DNA from: the human T2T-CHM13v2.0 reference genome, Homo sapiens
DNA: 64,000 nucleotides
Direction: 5' to 3' (one strand)
Assembly (NCBI RefSeq): GCF_009914755.1
Contig: NC_060946.1
A program made the translations under genes and the position numbers. Each line of letters starts with the position of its first letter. Positions within the stretch are counted from its first letter, which is position 1. Shown here one piece after another: positions 62,541-64,000 of this stretch. The notes beneath the pieces are model-generated. The model was not told the origin of the DNA, made no database searches, and saw only the letters and a list, made by a program, of their open reading frames with translations.

Positions 62541-63395
62541 AGACACAAAGGTGTCTCTTGAGTAGAATATGTGGTTGCCATGTCTCAGCCTTTACTGCAT
62601 AGCAAATCACTTCAGAACTTAGTGGCTTGAAAGAACAGTTTTGTTAGTTTTCACATTTCTCTGAGTTGACTAGGCAATTCTTTGCTGGCTTTCCTGGGCT
62701 CATTCCTGCAGTTGAATTCACAGAGAAGGTGGGATGGGGCCTGGGCTCAGCAGGATTCCTGGGCTGCTTTCTTCATGTGATTTGTCTTCTCAGGCTCCTT
62801 CACAGCATGGTTATCTCCAGCTCCAAGAGACTGAAAATGAAAGTTAGCAAAGCCTCTGAAGACCTAAGCTTGGAACTTGGACAGTGACACTTCTGTCCTG
62901 CTATTTTAATCCAAGCAAGTCACAGGGCAGCTGCGATTCAGAGTGGAAGGGGTGCACAAGGCATGAATTCAGAGAAGCATGATTCATGAGGGCTGTTTTG
63001 TAACAGGTCCGGCACAGGTCATTATTGATACATTAGAAACAAGTTTTAAAAGTTGCTCCTCCGTGCCATTGTGGAATGCAGATGAGAAGCGGGGCAGAGG
63101 GCTATTCAGTAGTGCTCAAGAGGCCGCTCATTGTGCATTTTATTCAGCCGCTTTTGGACAGTATAGTTGAGGCGGAGTATTTCCACATAGGTGAGAGTAG
63201 CCAAAGGAAACATTGCCTAAACCCCATTATCCTGTGATAAAGGGTAGCCCTGGCTGCACCTCTTCCCTAAAATAATGGTGTTGGGGAGCATTTTCGAGTT
63301 GAGACATTTGTGCTGTGTTTACTAGTGTGCTCCCTCCGCATTTATATTGTGAGTTCGTGGCTTTGCATTTGCATGTATATACAAGATGTTATGTC

Positions 63396-64000
63396 CTTTT
63401 TTTTTTACCCCGAAACGGGGTCTCCCTCTGTCACCCAGATTGGAGTGTAGTTGCATGATCTCGGCTCACTGCACAACCTCTGCCTCCCAGGCCCAACCAG
63501 TCCTCCCACCTCAGCCTCCCAAGTAGCTGGGACCACAGGCGTGCACCACCATGCCTGGCTGTTTTCTGTGTTTTTGGTAAAGACAGGGTTCTGCCACGTT
63601 GCCCAGGCTGGTCTTGAGCTCCTGAGCTCAGGTAATCCACCTGCCTGGTCCTCCCAAAGTGCTGGGATTACAGACATGAGCTACCACGCCTGACATTATG
63701 TCGTAATTTAAAAAGAAGGGAAGGGAATACTGTTCCACCAATTTAATGACCTTTTTTTTTTTTTTTTTTTTTTTTTTGAGACGGAGTCTCACTCTGTTGC
63801 CCAGGCTGGAATGAAATGGCATGATTTCGGCTCACTGCAACCTCCACCTCCTGGGTTCAAGTGATTCTCATGCCTCAGCCTCCAAGTAGCCAGGATTACA
63901 GGTGTGCACCACCACACCCAGCTAATTTTTGTATTTTTAGTAGAGACGGTTTTAACCACGTTGGCCAAGCTGGTCTCAAATTCCTGACCTCAAGCAATCT
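63396..64000 (-). mobile_element. Two antisense Alus (63396-63693; 63752-window end)
   Basis: Antisense Alu consensus. Confidence 0.88.

Overview
Human (primate) genomic DNA covering the 5' two-thirds of SPECC1L (cytospin-A/CYTSA, chr22q11.23) on the + strand. I mapped a probable non-coding exon (310-413), the ATG exon (25805-25994, CDS from 25842) and seven further coding exons (36925-37078, 44900-46530, 47832-48039, 52457-52530, 53867-54042, 58021-58184, 61997-62088). All have canonical AG/GT ends and splice into one open frame of 884 codons; the C-terminal exons lie beyond the window. The introns are a dense retroelement mosaic: about 29 full-length Alus (about 19 antisense), an antisense SVA with a target-site duplication (TSD), LTR8, THE1, MLT1/MLT2 LTRs, old and 5'-inverted L1s, and Tigger/Charlie DNA transposon fossils. 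Most ORF-track entries are Alu/SVA/L1 artefacts. The main leads are a stop-free exon5+6 back-splice circle (1839 nt = 613 codons) flanked by inverted Alus, a three-uORF 5' leader with a TAA-ATG stop-start junction, a probable Ser98Phe allele, and several repair or retrotransposition scars. Repeat family names and exon numbers come from my recall of consensus sequences, and repeat boundaries are approximate. No prokaryote-type systems (CRISPR etc.) are present.
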